A DNA stretch of 32,000 nucleotides from Bacillus subtilis subsp. subtilis str. 168 (GCF_000009045.1 NC_000964.3:3000001-3032000); one strand, 5' to 3'. Positions 16,646-25,321 are shown, numbered from the stretch's first letter. A program made the numbers and translations. Notes: generated by a model not told the origin, from the letters alone.

Positions 16646-17635
16646 TTACTTTTCTTTTTTAAACCATTCATCAAATTGAGCCATCATATCAAGCATCGCC
16701 TTTTGATTGGAGAAAGACGGAAGATTCGCAAGCAGAATTTGCCCCGGCGCTTTCGTATTCTCTCCTTGTTTCTGAAGCACAAGGATGCTTTTGGCATGAG
16801 CTTCGTCTTTAAAAATAGATTTTGGCAGCTGCAACAGTGCGTTGATATGAACCTTATCTTTGAAAAACTGTTTCAGCTTGCCGCTTTGGGAGCTCTCAAA
16901 CAAATGATTCGGAATCATAAAAAATAAGTAGCCGCCCGGTTTGGTATGCTTGACGCTCTGTTCAATAAACAGATGATGAGCGAAGGAATGGCCTTCGTCA
17001 GCTTTGAGCTCAAACGCTTCTGCTCCTTCGTCATTCGGATAATAGCCGACTGGCAGATCACAAATGACCGTGTCAACTGGATCGATAAACAACGGCTCAA
17101 GGCTGTCCTGGTGGAAAAGCTCAAGCTCTTTTTTCAGAAGGTTCGCTTGGGCATAGGCGATCTTCAAGAGCACATCATCAATTTCAATGCCAAAGCTGTT
17201 TGCCGTTTTTTCAGACAGCTGGTTCAGCACGGTAAACAGAAGGTTCCCAGTTCCCAGGGCTGGATCAAGAATGGTCAGTTCCTTTTTGTCCGCCATAAAT
17301 TTATTCACCAAATAGCTGATGAAAAGCCCGATCGTATCCGGCGTCATTTGTCTGTTTGGATGCGAGATATCTTTCATTCCTTTAAGGACGGCAAGCTGAA
17401 AAGCCTTGCGTACCCACTCATGCTCATACGTGCCGAATTCCGCTTTTTCAAGCAGAGCCTGAAGTTGTTTGGTTTTCTGATCAGCAGGCAGTTTCAGCTG
17501 ATCCGTTTTTTCAAGAAAATACATTTCTCCTGCTTCGGCCAGCGCCTCTATATATGAAATCTGCAATTCATTCTTTATCATAATCGCGGCTTCGTTTAAC
17601 AGCTCATACACCGCACCTACATGGTCTTTTTGCAT
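16646..17635 (-). CDS. ytxK: Orphan SAM-dependent methyltransferase-like protein (N6-adenine MTase-type fold), target unknown
   Basis: 329 aa. The ATG at 17635 follows AAGGAGGAA. Motif I reads LDPALGTGNL and the motif-X-like segment reads RQMTPDTIG. The motif IV position reads DLPV(GY) rather than (N/D)PP(Y/F/W). Confidence 0.85.
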   Translation of the reverse strand: MQKDHVGAVYELLNEAAIMIKNELQISYIEALAEAGEMYFLEKTDQLKLPADQKTKQLQALLEKAEFGTYEHEWVRKAFQLAVLKGMKDISHPNRQMTPDTIGLFISYLVNKFMADKKELTILDPALGTGNLLFTVLNQLSEKTANSFGIEIDDVLLKIAYAQANLLKKELELFHQDSLEPLFIDPVDTVICDLPVGYYPNDEGAEAFELKADEGHSFAHHLFIEQSVKHTKPGGYLFFMIPNHLFESSQSGKLKQFFKDKVHINALLQLPKSIFKDEAHAKSILVLQKQGENTKAPGQILLANLPSFSNQKAMLDMMAQFDEWFKKEK

Positions 17636-17656
17636 ATTGTGTTCCTCCTTGCCATG

Positions 17657-17689
17657 AAAAAAGCTCCGGCGGCAGCCTGGAGCTTTTTT
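17657..17689 (-). terminator. Rho-independent terminator after tpx
   Basis: Minus-strand hairpin AAGCTCCAGG-CTGCCG-CCGGAGCTT followed by TTTTTT. It ends only ~20 nt upstream of the ytxK start codon. Confidence 0.75.
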
Positions 17690-17695
17690 CCCTGC

Positions 17696-18199
17696 TTACT
17701 TTACTAATGCCTTAGCAGCCTCAATTGGCTTTTCATAGTTCGGGTGGTTTGTTGCTTCGCTTACATATTCAGCGTAAACGACTTTTCCGTTCTCATCAAG
17801 GACAAATACGGAACGCGCAAGCAGACGAAGTTCTTTAATATACACACCGAACGCTTCGCCAAATGACATATCTCTGTGGTCAGACAGTGTTTCCACTTTG
17901 TCAATTCCGTTAGCGCCGCACCAGCGCGCTTGCGCGAATGGAAGGTCTGCACTGATTGTGTAGACGTTGACATCTCCAAGCTTTGCAGCTTCTTCGTTAA
18001 AACGGCGTGTTTGTGCATCACAAACACCTGTATCAATTGAAGGGATAACAGAAATAATCGTTACCTTTCCTTTCATGTCAGCTAACGATTTTTCTTCAAG
18101 GCTGTTAGTCAGCACTGTGAAATCAGGAGCTTGATCTCCTACCTTCACTTCTTGTCCGACAAGTGTAACCGGACCGCCTTTGAATGTAATTTCAGCCAT
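17696..18199 (-). CDS. tpx: Thiol peroxidase (atypical 2-Cys peroxiredoxin)
   Basis: The ATG at 18199 follows AAGGGAGGA and gives 167 aa starting [13 protein letters not shown]. The peroxidatic Cys lies in PSIDTGVCD and the resolving Cys in ARWCGA. Confidence 0.95.
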   Translation of the reverse strand: MAEITFKGGPVTLVGQEVKVGDQAPDFTVLTNSLEEKSLADMKGKVTIISVIPSIDTGVCDAQTRRFNEEAAKLGDVNVYTISADLPFAQARWCGANGIDKVETLSDHRDMSFGEAFGVYIKELRLLARSVFVLDENGKVVYAEYVSEATNHPNYEKPIEAAKALVK

Positions 18200-18230
18200 T
18201 ATAATTCCTCCCTTTTGTATGTATGTCTCT

Positions 18231-18259
18231 ATCATAGTAAAGTTTCCTGCAAACTGCAA
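18231..18259 (-). promoter_or_regulatory. Candidate sigma-A promoter of tpx
   Basis: Minus strand reads TTGCAG (18259-18254), a 17-nt spacer, then TATGAT (18236-18231). The -35 hexamer is part of a tandem TTTGCAG-TTTGCAG repeat. Confidence 0.55.
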
Positions 18260-18269
18260 AGTTTATGCC

Positions 18270-18303
18270 AAAAAAAAGTTAACTGCGGCCAGCGCAGTTA
18301 ACC
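18270..18303 (-). terminator. Rho-independent terminator after ytfJ
   Basis: Perfect 10-bp stem GTTAACTGCG / CGCAGTTAAC with a 5-nt loop. Eight A residues lie upstream and T tracts lie on both sides. Confidence 0.85.
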
Positions 18304-18308
18304 TTTTT

Positions 18309-18764
18309 TTAATAATTCATATTGTTCATTTGGTTTTGATTTTGGCCTTGGCTTTGGTTTTTGTTATTTTTCTTGAACATTTGCTGGATGCGCTCGAGTG
18401 TTTGAGGGGCTGCGTCTAAAATTTTCTCTATTAAATGGGTATTTTCATCTAAATGAAGCATTCTGATGCCTGTCGATCCGACAATTAAAAACGCGATCGG
18501 CGTAATGGACACACCGCCCCCGCTTCCGCCTCCGAAAGGAAGTTTCTGTTCTCTTGTCTCATCGTCTTCCGATTTCTTTTCGGCCGGCTTTCCGCCAAAC
18601 TCGCTTCCGCCTGCGGCGAATCCGAATCCAACTTTAGAAACAGTTAAAATCACACTTCCATCAGGCGTTTCCACTGGATCTCCGATGATGGTGTTAACAT
18701 CAATCATTTCCTTCAAGTTTTCCATTGCGGTTTTCATTAAACCTTGGATGGGATGGTCTGCCAT
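18309..18764 (-). CDS. ytfJ: Sporulation protein YtfJ (GerW family)
   Basis: The ATG at 18764 follows AAGGAGGAAG and gives 151 aa. Gly-rich segments (GFGFAAGGSEFGG, PFGGGSGGG) are present. The C-terminal tail is rich in Q and N (NKNQSQGQNQNQMNNMNY). Confidence 0.88.
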   Translation of the reverse strand: MADHPIQGLMKTAMENLKEMIDVNTIIGDPVETPDGSVILTVSKVGFGFAAGGSEFGGKPAEKKSEDDETREQKLPFGGGSGGGVSITPIAFLIVGSTGIRMLHLDENTHLIEKILDAAPQTLERIQQMFKKNNKNQSQGQNQNQMNNMNY

Positions 18765-18777
18765 ATACGCTTCCTCC

Positions 18778-19458
18778 TTAAACTGATGAATCATTCTTTG
18801 AAGTCATTCTAGCCGACGGATTCTTCTTTAATACGGATAGCTCCCGTCCGTATTTGACGAATTTGAAAGCTGCAAGCATAGCATGTCCAAAGCGAAAAAA
18901 GAATATACACTGAAAATGGGTCTTGGAAACAGGGACTTGAAACGACGGGATCACCTCATAGACAGGTTTATTCACAAAGTCCAGGTGGTCGTAGAGCATT
19001 GCTGCGATACCGCCCTTCACGCCCCATACAGCACCGGTTAACACACCTGTCACTGCCGCGTCCTGAATTCCGATTACTGTAACCCATTCTAGTTTTGTGA
19101 TATGTAAATGCGCGAGAAAAGACGCGCTGATTTTCCGCAGTCTGGTGACCTGATGCAAAAGCATTTCGATTTTATTAATGCTTTGCTGCACATCGTTTTG
19201 TGTAATTTTTTTCTTTCCGCTGCTTTTTTTCATTTTGGATTCAGTTTTTTGTTTGATATCCACTGTTCCGTCTTCTTTGTTCACCTTAATCGCCGGGATT
19301 GTTTTTTTGATCCTTATAAGGCCAAACAGCGCCGTAATCTTCAAGGTCAATTTGTCATTATCATCGGCATGAAGATACTCCAGCGCGACATGGATTTTCA
19401 TTCTGAGAAGCAGTACGATCCCTATGAGAATAAGAATGGCTGTCAGTACATACACCAT
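18778..19458 (-). CDS. ytfI: Sporulation membrane protein YtfI (DUF2953-like)
   Basis: The ATG at 19458 follows GAGGAAGTGAAG and gives 226 aa. There is an N-terminal transmembrane helix ([17 protein letters not shown]) and a Lys-rich linker. Confidence 0.85.
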
Positions 19459-19479
19459 ATTCTTCACTTCCTCTAGGAG

Positions 19480-19508
19480 CATTATCGCCAATTCCTAAAA
19501 AAATAAAC
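19480..19508 (-). promoter_or_regulatory. Candidate forespore (sigma-F type) promoter of ytfI-ytfJ
   Basis: Minus strand GGCGATAATG (19489-19480) fits the recalled sigma-F -10 pattern GGnnAnAhTR. GTTTA (19508-19504) lies 14 nt upstream, against the recalled -35 GYATA. The -35 element sits inside the tail of the yteJ terminator. Confidence 0.45.
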
Positions 19509-19527
19509 CCGGACGGAAGTCCGGGTT
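19497..19527 (-). terminator. Rho-independent terminator after sppA-yteJ
   Basis: Minus-strand hairpin AACCCGGAC-TTCC-GTCCGGGTT followed by TATTTTTTT. Confidence 0.88.
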
Positions 19528-19532
19528 ATCGG

Positions 19533-20027
19533 TTATTTGCGGTATAATTTTTCATGCACCACGGTGGTATCCGCGATGTAATCATGAATCCCTTGTTTTG
19601 TAGGTGAAAAGGCAACAACGATATATAAAATCCAAATCTTATCAATATACCGTCCAACCACTTCACGAAAAATCACTGTACTCCATGTCAGCTTGCTATC
19701 TTGCTTCACAGAAACCACTTTGAGGCCGAACACCATTTTACCAAGCGTCTGCCTGAAGTATTTTGTCATGAGTGCGAAATAGGCAAGATACACAATAAGC
19801 GTTGTCACACTGTAGGCCGAGAAGGTAAACATGCCGGATGTTTTCGGCAGATCCAATACGGTAAAGAGGGGAGAAACGAGCAAATGGTTTAATCCCCATA
19901 TCACGAGCCAATCAAGCAGGAAAGCCCAGAAACGAACCCAAAAGCCAGCATAGGCATGTGTCAGCAGCTCCGCTTCTTGCGGGCCTTTGATGTCATTGCG
20001 CTCTAACTCTTCATATGTCGCGTCCAT
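19533..20027 (-). CDS. yteJ: RDD-family integral membrane protein, partner and inhibitor of SppA
   Basis: 164 aa. The ATG at 20027 follows AGGAGGGAA. Several hydrophobic helices are present. The gene starts 12 nt downstream of the sppA stop. Confidence 0.88.
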   Translation of the reverse strand: MDATYEELERNDIKGPQEAELLTHAYAGFWVRFWAFLLDWLVIWGLNHLLVSPLFTVLDLPKTSGMFTFSAYSVTTLIVYLAYFALMTKYFRQTLGKMVFGLKVVSVKQDSKLTWSTVIFREVVGRYIDKIWILYIVVAFSPTKQGIHDYIADTTVVHEKLYRK

Positions 20028-20039
20028 TATTGTTCCCTC

Positions 20040-21047
20040 CTACTTCGCATAGAGATACATCATTCTCGGCGAACCGGATTGCGATAGAATTTCTCTCATA
20101 TTCAAAAAATCAATTTCACTTTTAAACATTTTGTTCGCGCCCATGGAAAACAGTGAGCCTAATCCGAAGCTTTCCTCATAAGAAATGACAGAGGCGTTTT
20201 TCAAATCCTTGTGATCCTTTTTCATGGCCGTAATGGTATCGTCATAAAAACCAAGCTCATCAACGAGGTTCAGTTTTTTCGCCTGCCGTCCGTCATACAC
20301 GCGGCCGTCCGCAATTTTCTTTACCTCTGCTTTCGGCATGCCGCGCCCTTTTGAAATGACATCAACAAAGCCTTCATACGAATTATCAACCATCGATTGC
20401 ATGATGTTTTTTTCTTCTTTCGTCATCTCACGGGAAGGAGACATAATGTCCTTATGGGCCCCGCTCTTAATCGTTTCAAAAGAAATGCCAAGCTTGTCGG
20501 CAAGCTTTGAATAATTGACGCTTTCCATAATGACGCCGAGTGACCCGGTCAGGGTTTCCGGTGTCGCAAAAATCTTATCAGCCGCTGTTGAGATGTAATA
20601 GCCTCCTGATGCTGCCATCGAACCCATTGACACGTAAATCGGTTTTTTCGTTTCTTTCTTGATTTCTTCCAGTTTCTTATGTATTTCAGCACTTTCATAC
20701 ACTCCGCCACCCGGAGAATTCACCTTCAGAACGATACCTTTGACCGTCTTGTCATCTTTTGCGCGCTCAAGGTTTTTTAAGAACGTTCTGTGGTTATATC
20801 CGTCTGCACCAAGCAGACTGCTTGAGTCCCCATTATCCTGAATGGTGCCGCTGACCTCTAATACGGCAATTTTACTTGAGGGACTGCCGTTTTCCAGCGT
20901 CTTCTCCTGCGATTCATCCGTCAGTGATGTGAGATCCGTTTGAGCGCCTTTGACGCTTTCAAAGAAACTCATAGAGATGCTGACGATAATAGACACGCCG
21001 AAAATCCCCAGAGCAATCACTAATGCAATCCATCTTTTTGCATTCAT
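20040..21047 (-). CDS. sppA: Signal peptide peptidase A (S49 family Ser/Lys protease)
   Basis: 335 aa with an N-terminal membrane anchor and the S49 motif [10 protein letters not shown]. The ATG follows AAAGGAGGAG. Confidence 0.95.
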
Positions 21048-21232
21048 TTTTTCTCCTCCTTTTTCCTAAACTCTCTCATTATACGATTCAATATGAAAAA
21101 TGTTTCACTTCATGAGAAAGCTCCGGCTTAACGGGCTGCCGGCAAACGTGGTACACTTATGGCCAAAGGTATTTTATCACAAATACTGGATGGCAGAAAA
21201 ACTTAAATATGACAGCAAAGGGGAAATGGGAT

Positions 21233-22036
21233 ATGACCGATCAACGCCGTAATGTTTATTTTTTTCACAAACAGGATCAGGAAACGAACGAACAAGCCCG
21301 CTCGTTAACACAATTAGCGGAAGAGCATGGATTTACCGTTGTGAACCAGCACTCAGACGCCAATATTATCGCTAGCATTGGCGGGGACGGCACATTTTTG
21401 CAGGCAGTCAGAAAGACGAATTTTCGTGACGACTGCTTGTACGTCGGCATTACCAAAAAGGGGAAAGCTCATTTATATTGCGACTTTCATAGTGATGAGC
21501 GAGAAAAAATGGTCGATGCAATGACGTTTGAACAAATTGAAGTGAGAAAATACCCGCTGATTGAAGTGACAGTGGATCAAGCCAGTCCTTTTCACTGCTT
21601 AAACGAGGTATCCATCCGCTCAAGCATCATCAAAACCTTTGTGATGGACGTGCTGATTGACGATCTGCACTTTGAAACGTTTAGAGGTGACGGAATGATT
21701 ATCTCAACGCCTACAGGGAGCACCGCCTATAACAAGTCTGTTGCAGGAGCTGTTGTTGATCCATTGCTTCCATGCATGCAGGTATCAGAGCTTGCATCCC
21801 TTAACAATAATACCTACCGGACACTCGGCTCGCCATTTGTCCTCAGCTCTGACCGAAAGCTGACCCTTCGTGTGGTGCAGGACGGCAACGAACACCCAAT
21901 CATCGGCTTGGACAATGAAGCACTCAGCACGAGAAATGTGAAAACGATCGAAATCAAACTGTCTAATAAGAAAATCAAAACAGTCAAACTAAAGGACAAT
22001 TCATTTTGGGAAAAAGTGAAGCGTACTTTTTTATAG
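21233..22036 (+). CDS. ppnKB: NAD kinase 2
   Basis: The ATG at 21233 follows AAAGGGGAAATGGG and gives 267 aa. The NAD kinase motifs GGDGT and TPTGSTAY are present. Confidence 0.93.
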   Translation: MTDQRRNVYFFHKQDQETNEQARSLTQLAEEHGFTVVNQHSDANIIASIGGDGTFLQAVRKTNFRDDCLYVGITKKGKAHLYCDFHSDEREKMVDAMTFEQIEVRKYPLIEVTVDQASPFHCLNEVSIRSSIIKTFVMDVLIDDLHFETFRGDGMIISTPTGSTAYNKSVAGAVVDPLLPCMQVSELASLNNNTYRTLGSPFVLSSDRKLTLRVVQDGNEHPIIGLDNEALSTRNVKTIEIKLSNKKIKTVKLKDNSFWEKVKRTFL

Positions 22037-22041
22037 AAAAT

Positions 22042-22069
22042 AAAAGGACAGGCTGCTGCCTGTCCTTTT
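22042..22069. terminator. Bidirectional terminator between the convergent genes ppnKB and ytcJ
   Basis: AAAAGGACAGGC-TGCT-GCCTGTCCTTTT. The stem is flanked by A4 and T4, so either strand reads as a hairpin plus a T tract. It overlaps the ytcJ stop codon. Confidence 0.85.
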
Positions 22070-23657
22070 ATGATTTCTCATATACAATCTGGCCGTTAAT
22101 CACGGTTTTTTTAATCTCTAAAAGATGAAGCTGTGCGGGGTCAATGGCAAACGGATCACCACTGAGAACTGTAAAATCCGCGTCATAGCCTTCCGCAATT
22201 TTTCCGCGTGACTTCTCTTTATAAATGATACCGGCGCTACCTTCTGTATAAAGCTTTATCGCTTCATATACAGGTAAACATTCACTTTCATTATAGCTTG
22301 GCCCGTTTTGCTCATGACTGCTTTTCCGGAGGACCGCGGACTGGATCCCTAGAAGCGGGTCAACAGGCTCAATCGGGGCGTCTGAACCGCCCGCGCATAA
22401 AATGCCTTTAGATATGAGGGTTTTCCAGGCAAATGCAGTCTTCATCCGGTCTTTTCCGAGACGGTCAATGACCCACGGAAAGTCGCTTGCAACGAAGTGC
22501 GGCTGAAGGTCAAGTGCGATCGGCATGCGTGCTGCTCTCTCGATTAATTCGTTATCAAGCACTTGAGCATGAATAAGCCGATCATGCCGGCCGTTTTTGG
22601 GCGGATGCTTTTCTATTGCGTTCAGCACTTTTTCAAAAGCAAGATCGCCGATTGCATGAACAGCAACCTCCATCCCTTTTTCTCTCGCTTTGCGAATGAG
22701 CCGGCCAAGGGTTTCGTCATCGTGAACCTGAACACCATTTGTTGATGGATCATCCTGATATGGTTCTTTCAATAAAGCCGTTCTCCCGCCAAGCGCCCCG
22801 TCCGCAAAGATTTTCATAGCACCGAACTCCACATACGGGCCGGACAGCTTCTCCAGCTGCTCCCATCGATCGACAGCTTCATGATGAACGAGCAAATGGC
22901 AGCGAAACGGATACTTTCCGCCAGCGGCAGCTTTCTCATAAGCTTTCATCGGCACCGAAACATCACCATAATAGGACAAGTCTTCCGAATGACCGCCCGT
23001 CAGGCCTTTTGTCCAGCAATCCTTTATTGCAGCCGTTAATGCCTCATCAACATAGTGCTGGGAGACTGGCGGGACAGCCTTCAGAATCAAATCCTGCGCC
23101 TTATCAAACAGGAGTCCGGTCGGCTCGCCATTTGCATCTTTTACGATGACTCCGCCGTCAGGATCAGGAGTATTTCTTGAAATTCCCGCTGCTTGAAGAG
23201 CCGCAGAATTGACAGCTATTGCATGCCGGCATATACGCTTGAGCAAGACGGGCCTGTCAGGAAACAGGCGATCAAGATCATGCTTAGTCAAGTAGTCAGG
23301 TGTCTCAAACTGATTTTCATTCCAGCCTTCTCCAATGAGCCAATCGTTTTTAGGAAGCTGCCGCTCTCTTTCCTTCGCAGCCTGTAAAATTGAATCTTTC
23401 GACGTCAGTGCGGACAGATCGAGCTGAAGCTGTTTCTCACCGTGGCCGATCAAATGTAGATGGCTGTCAACAAAACCGGGGAACATCACTGCTCCGTTCA
23501 GGCTGATTTCTTCTGTTTCCGGCGACCCGTACTTTTCCTTCAAACGTTCATAGCTGCCGGTGCCTTTTATAACACCATCCTCAACATAAACTGCCTCAGT
23601 CCGATCGCCTTCTTCGAGCATCGTATAAATGAAACCGCCGTGCCATATCGCCTTCAT
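22068..23657 (-). CDS. ytcJ: Metal-dependent amidohydrolase (Amidohydro_3 / YtcJ-like), substrate unknown
   Basis: 529 aa with the HxH metal motif (VDSHLHL) and a C-terminal Asp region typical of the TIM-barrel amidohydrolase superfamily. It starts 19 nt downstream of the ytcI stop. Confidence 0.9.
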   Translation of the reverse strand: MKAIWHGGFIYTMLEEGDRTEAVYVEDGVIKGTGSYERLKEKYGSPETEEISLNGAVMFPGFVDSHLHLIGHGEKQLQLDLSALTSKDSILQAAKERERQLPKNDWLIGEGWNENQFETPDYLTKHDLDRLFPDRPVLLKRICRHAIAVNSAALQAAGISRNTPDPDGGVIVKDANGEPTGLLFDKAQDLILKAVPPVSQHYVDEALTAAIKDCWTKGLTGGHSEDLSYYGDVSVPMKAYEKAAAGGKYPFRCHLLVHHEAVDRWEQLEKLSGPYVEFGAMKIFADGALGGRTALLKEPYQDDPSTNGVQVHDDETLGRLIRKAREKGMEVAVHAIGDLAFEKVLNAIEKHPPKNGRHDRLIHAQVLDNELIERAARMPIALDLQPHFVASDFPWVIDRLGKDRMKTAFAWKTLISKGILCAGGSDAPIEPVDPLLGIQSAVLRKSSHEQNGPSYNESECLPVYEAIKLYTEGSAGIIYKEKSRGKIAEGYDADFTVLSGDPFAIDPAQLHLLEIKKTVINGQIVYEKS

Positions 23658-23676
23658 TCACGTTCACTCTCTTTCT

Positions 23677-25266
23677 TTACGCCTTTTTATTGGCTTTGAG
23701 CTGTTCTTCACGTTTTCTTAATTCCACTCGTCTGATTTTTGCAGAAGCCGTTTTCGGCAGGCTTTCCACAAATTCAATTTCTCTAGGATATTTGTATGGA
23801 GCGGTAATCGTCTTCACATGGTTTTGCAGCATTTTGACAAGCTCATCACTGCGTTTTTCATGATTTTGCAGGACAACATATGCCTTTACGATGGAGCCTC
23901 TGATTTCATCAGGGCTTGCGACAACAGCACATTCTTTTACTTCTGGGTGCTTAACAAGCGCGTCTTCCACCTCGAAAGGCCCGATCGTATAGCCGGAGCT
24001 GATAATAATATCGTCATTTCGGCTTTCAAACCAGAAGTAACCTTCCTCATCTTTTCTTGCTCTGTCTCCCGTTAGGAAATAATCGCCGCGAATTTGTGTT
24101 TTCATTCTTTCCGGATCTTTAAAATACTCTTTAAAGAGCGCAGGCGTACTGAGGTGAACAGCGATATCGCCAACCTCACCAGGTTTGCAGATTTCACCGT
24201 CTTCATTTATGATCTCCACCTGATTTCCCGGTGTCGGTTTTCCCATGCTTCCCGGTTTAATAGGCGTATCTTTCAAAACACCAACCAAAAGCGTGCTTTC
24301 TGTTTGGCCATATCCGTCCCGTACCTTAATGCCAAAGTGCTTTTGGAAAACATCAATGACTTCACGGTTGAGCGGCTCACCTGCGGAAACAGCGCTGTGC
24401 AGGGCAGAAAGATCAAAGCGTTTCAAGCCTTCAACCTTCGCCATTAAGCGGTATTCTGTCGGAGTGCAGCAGAAAACATTGATTTTGTAGCGATTTAAAA
24501 GCTCTAGATATTTTTCTGCTTTGAATCTGCCGTGGTACACAAAACCGGTTGCTCCGCTGCCAAGCACCGCTAAAAACGGACTCCATACCCACTTTTGCCA
24601 GCCAGGGGCAGCAGTTGCCCAGACGATATCCTTTTCAGAAATGTCAAGCCAAGCGCCGGCAGAAGTTTTTAAATGAGCAAATGCCCATCCATGTGTATGT
24701 ACAACACCTTTCGGCTGACCTGTTGTCCCGGATGTATAAGATAAGAAAGCCATATCATCTCTTGTTGTGTCAGCTGTTTTAAATTGGCTTCCGTCCGCTT
24801 CAATTGATAAGAGGTTTTTCCAGCCGGCATCATTTTCACCAATAGACAGTGTAATCAGTTTGTCAGCCGTACTGACATCCCGGAAAGCGCCAATAAATTC
24901 GGAGTAGACGATAGCGCCTTTTACCTCTGCATGTTCAATCCGGTATTCAAGATCTTTCGCGCGAAGCATTTCGGAGCACGGAATGACAACCATTCCTGAT
25001 TTCAGGATAGCCAAATAAACAGCATAGGCTTCAAGCACCCGCGGAACCATTACAATCAGCTTGTCTCCCTTTTTAAATCCAAGATCAGCTAAGGCCGCTC
25101 CGATTTTATTTGTTTCTTCCATCAGCTTTTCATACGACCAAGATTCTTGCTTGCCCGACTCGTCCTCCCAAAGAAGAGCGGTTTTTTGTCCAGCAGCACT
25201 GAACTTTTCCATTTCATTCACTAAATTATATTGCACAGGGGCAATTAAATCTTCACGTTTTAACAC
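23677..25266 (-). CDS. ytcI: AMP-forming acyl-CoA synthetase/ligase, substrate unknown
   Basis: AMP-binding motif YTSGTTGQPKG. I chose the GTG at 25266, 6 nt after GTGAGGAG, giving 529 aa. The upstream ATG at 25293 has no SD and lies inside the candidate -10 box. Confidence 0.88.
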   Translation of the reverse strand: MLKREDLIAPVQYNLVNEMEKFSAAGQKTALLWEDESGKQESWSYEKLMEETNKIGAALADLGFKKGDKLIVMVPRVLEAYAVYLAILKSGMVVIPCSEMLRAKDLEYRIEHAEVKGAIVYSEFIGAFRDVSTADKLITLSIGENDAGWKNLLSIEADGSQFKTADTTRDDMAFLSYTSGTTGQPKGVVHTHGWAFAHLKTSAGAWLDISEKDIVWATAAPGWQKWVWSPFLAVLGSGATGFVYHGRFKAEKYLELLNRYKINVFCCTPTEYRLMAKVEGLKRFDLSALHSAVSAGEPLNREVIDVFQKHFGIKVRDGYGQTESTLLVGVLKDTPIKPGSMGKPTPGNQVEIINEDGEICKPGEVGDIAVHLSTPALFKEYFKDPERMKTQIRGDYFLTGDRARKDEEGYFWFESRNDDIIISSGYTIGPFEVEDALVKHPEVKECAVVASPDEIRGSIVKAYVVLQNHEKRSDELVKMLQNHVKTITAPYKYPREIEFVESLPKTASAKIRRVELRKREEQLKANKKA

Positions 25267-25291
25267 GAACAACTCCTCACTTTCTCCACCC

Positions 25292-25321
25292 ATTATACAT
25301 AAATACAGGCTCTTTCCGTAA
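25292..25321 (-). promoter_or_regulatory. Candidate sigma-A promoter of ytcI-ytcJ
   Basis: Minus strand reads TTACGG (25321-25316), an 18-nt spacer, then the extended -10 TGTATAAT (25299-25292). Confidence 0.35.

Noticed and set aside
16411-16927. Three ORFs (60, 67 and 129 aa) in and around the ackA-ytxK intergenic region
   Set aside because: They have no SD sequences. They overlap the cre boxes, the ytxK terminator hairpin or the ytxK coding sequence. Their Lys/Phe/Leu-rich composition is what AT-rich non-coding DNA yields on translation.
16946-17557. 203-aa plus-strand ORF lying entirely inside ytxK
   Set aside because: Its codons are exactly in register with the antisense of the ytxK codons. 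Stops in that frame arise only from sense TTA, CTA or TCA codons, so long open frames are an expected artefact. There is no SD before the ATG, and the product has no recognisable motif.
21048-21232. Possible structured RNA or small gene in the 185-bp sppA/ppnKB divergent spacer (short GC stem CCGGC...GCCGG around 21123-21141)
   Set aside because: The stem is only 5 bp and has no T tract. There is no conserved riboswitch or T-box feature that I can recognise. The space is adequately explained by two divergent promoters, with a TATAAT for sppA at 21083-21078.
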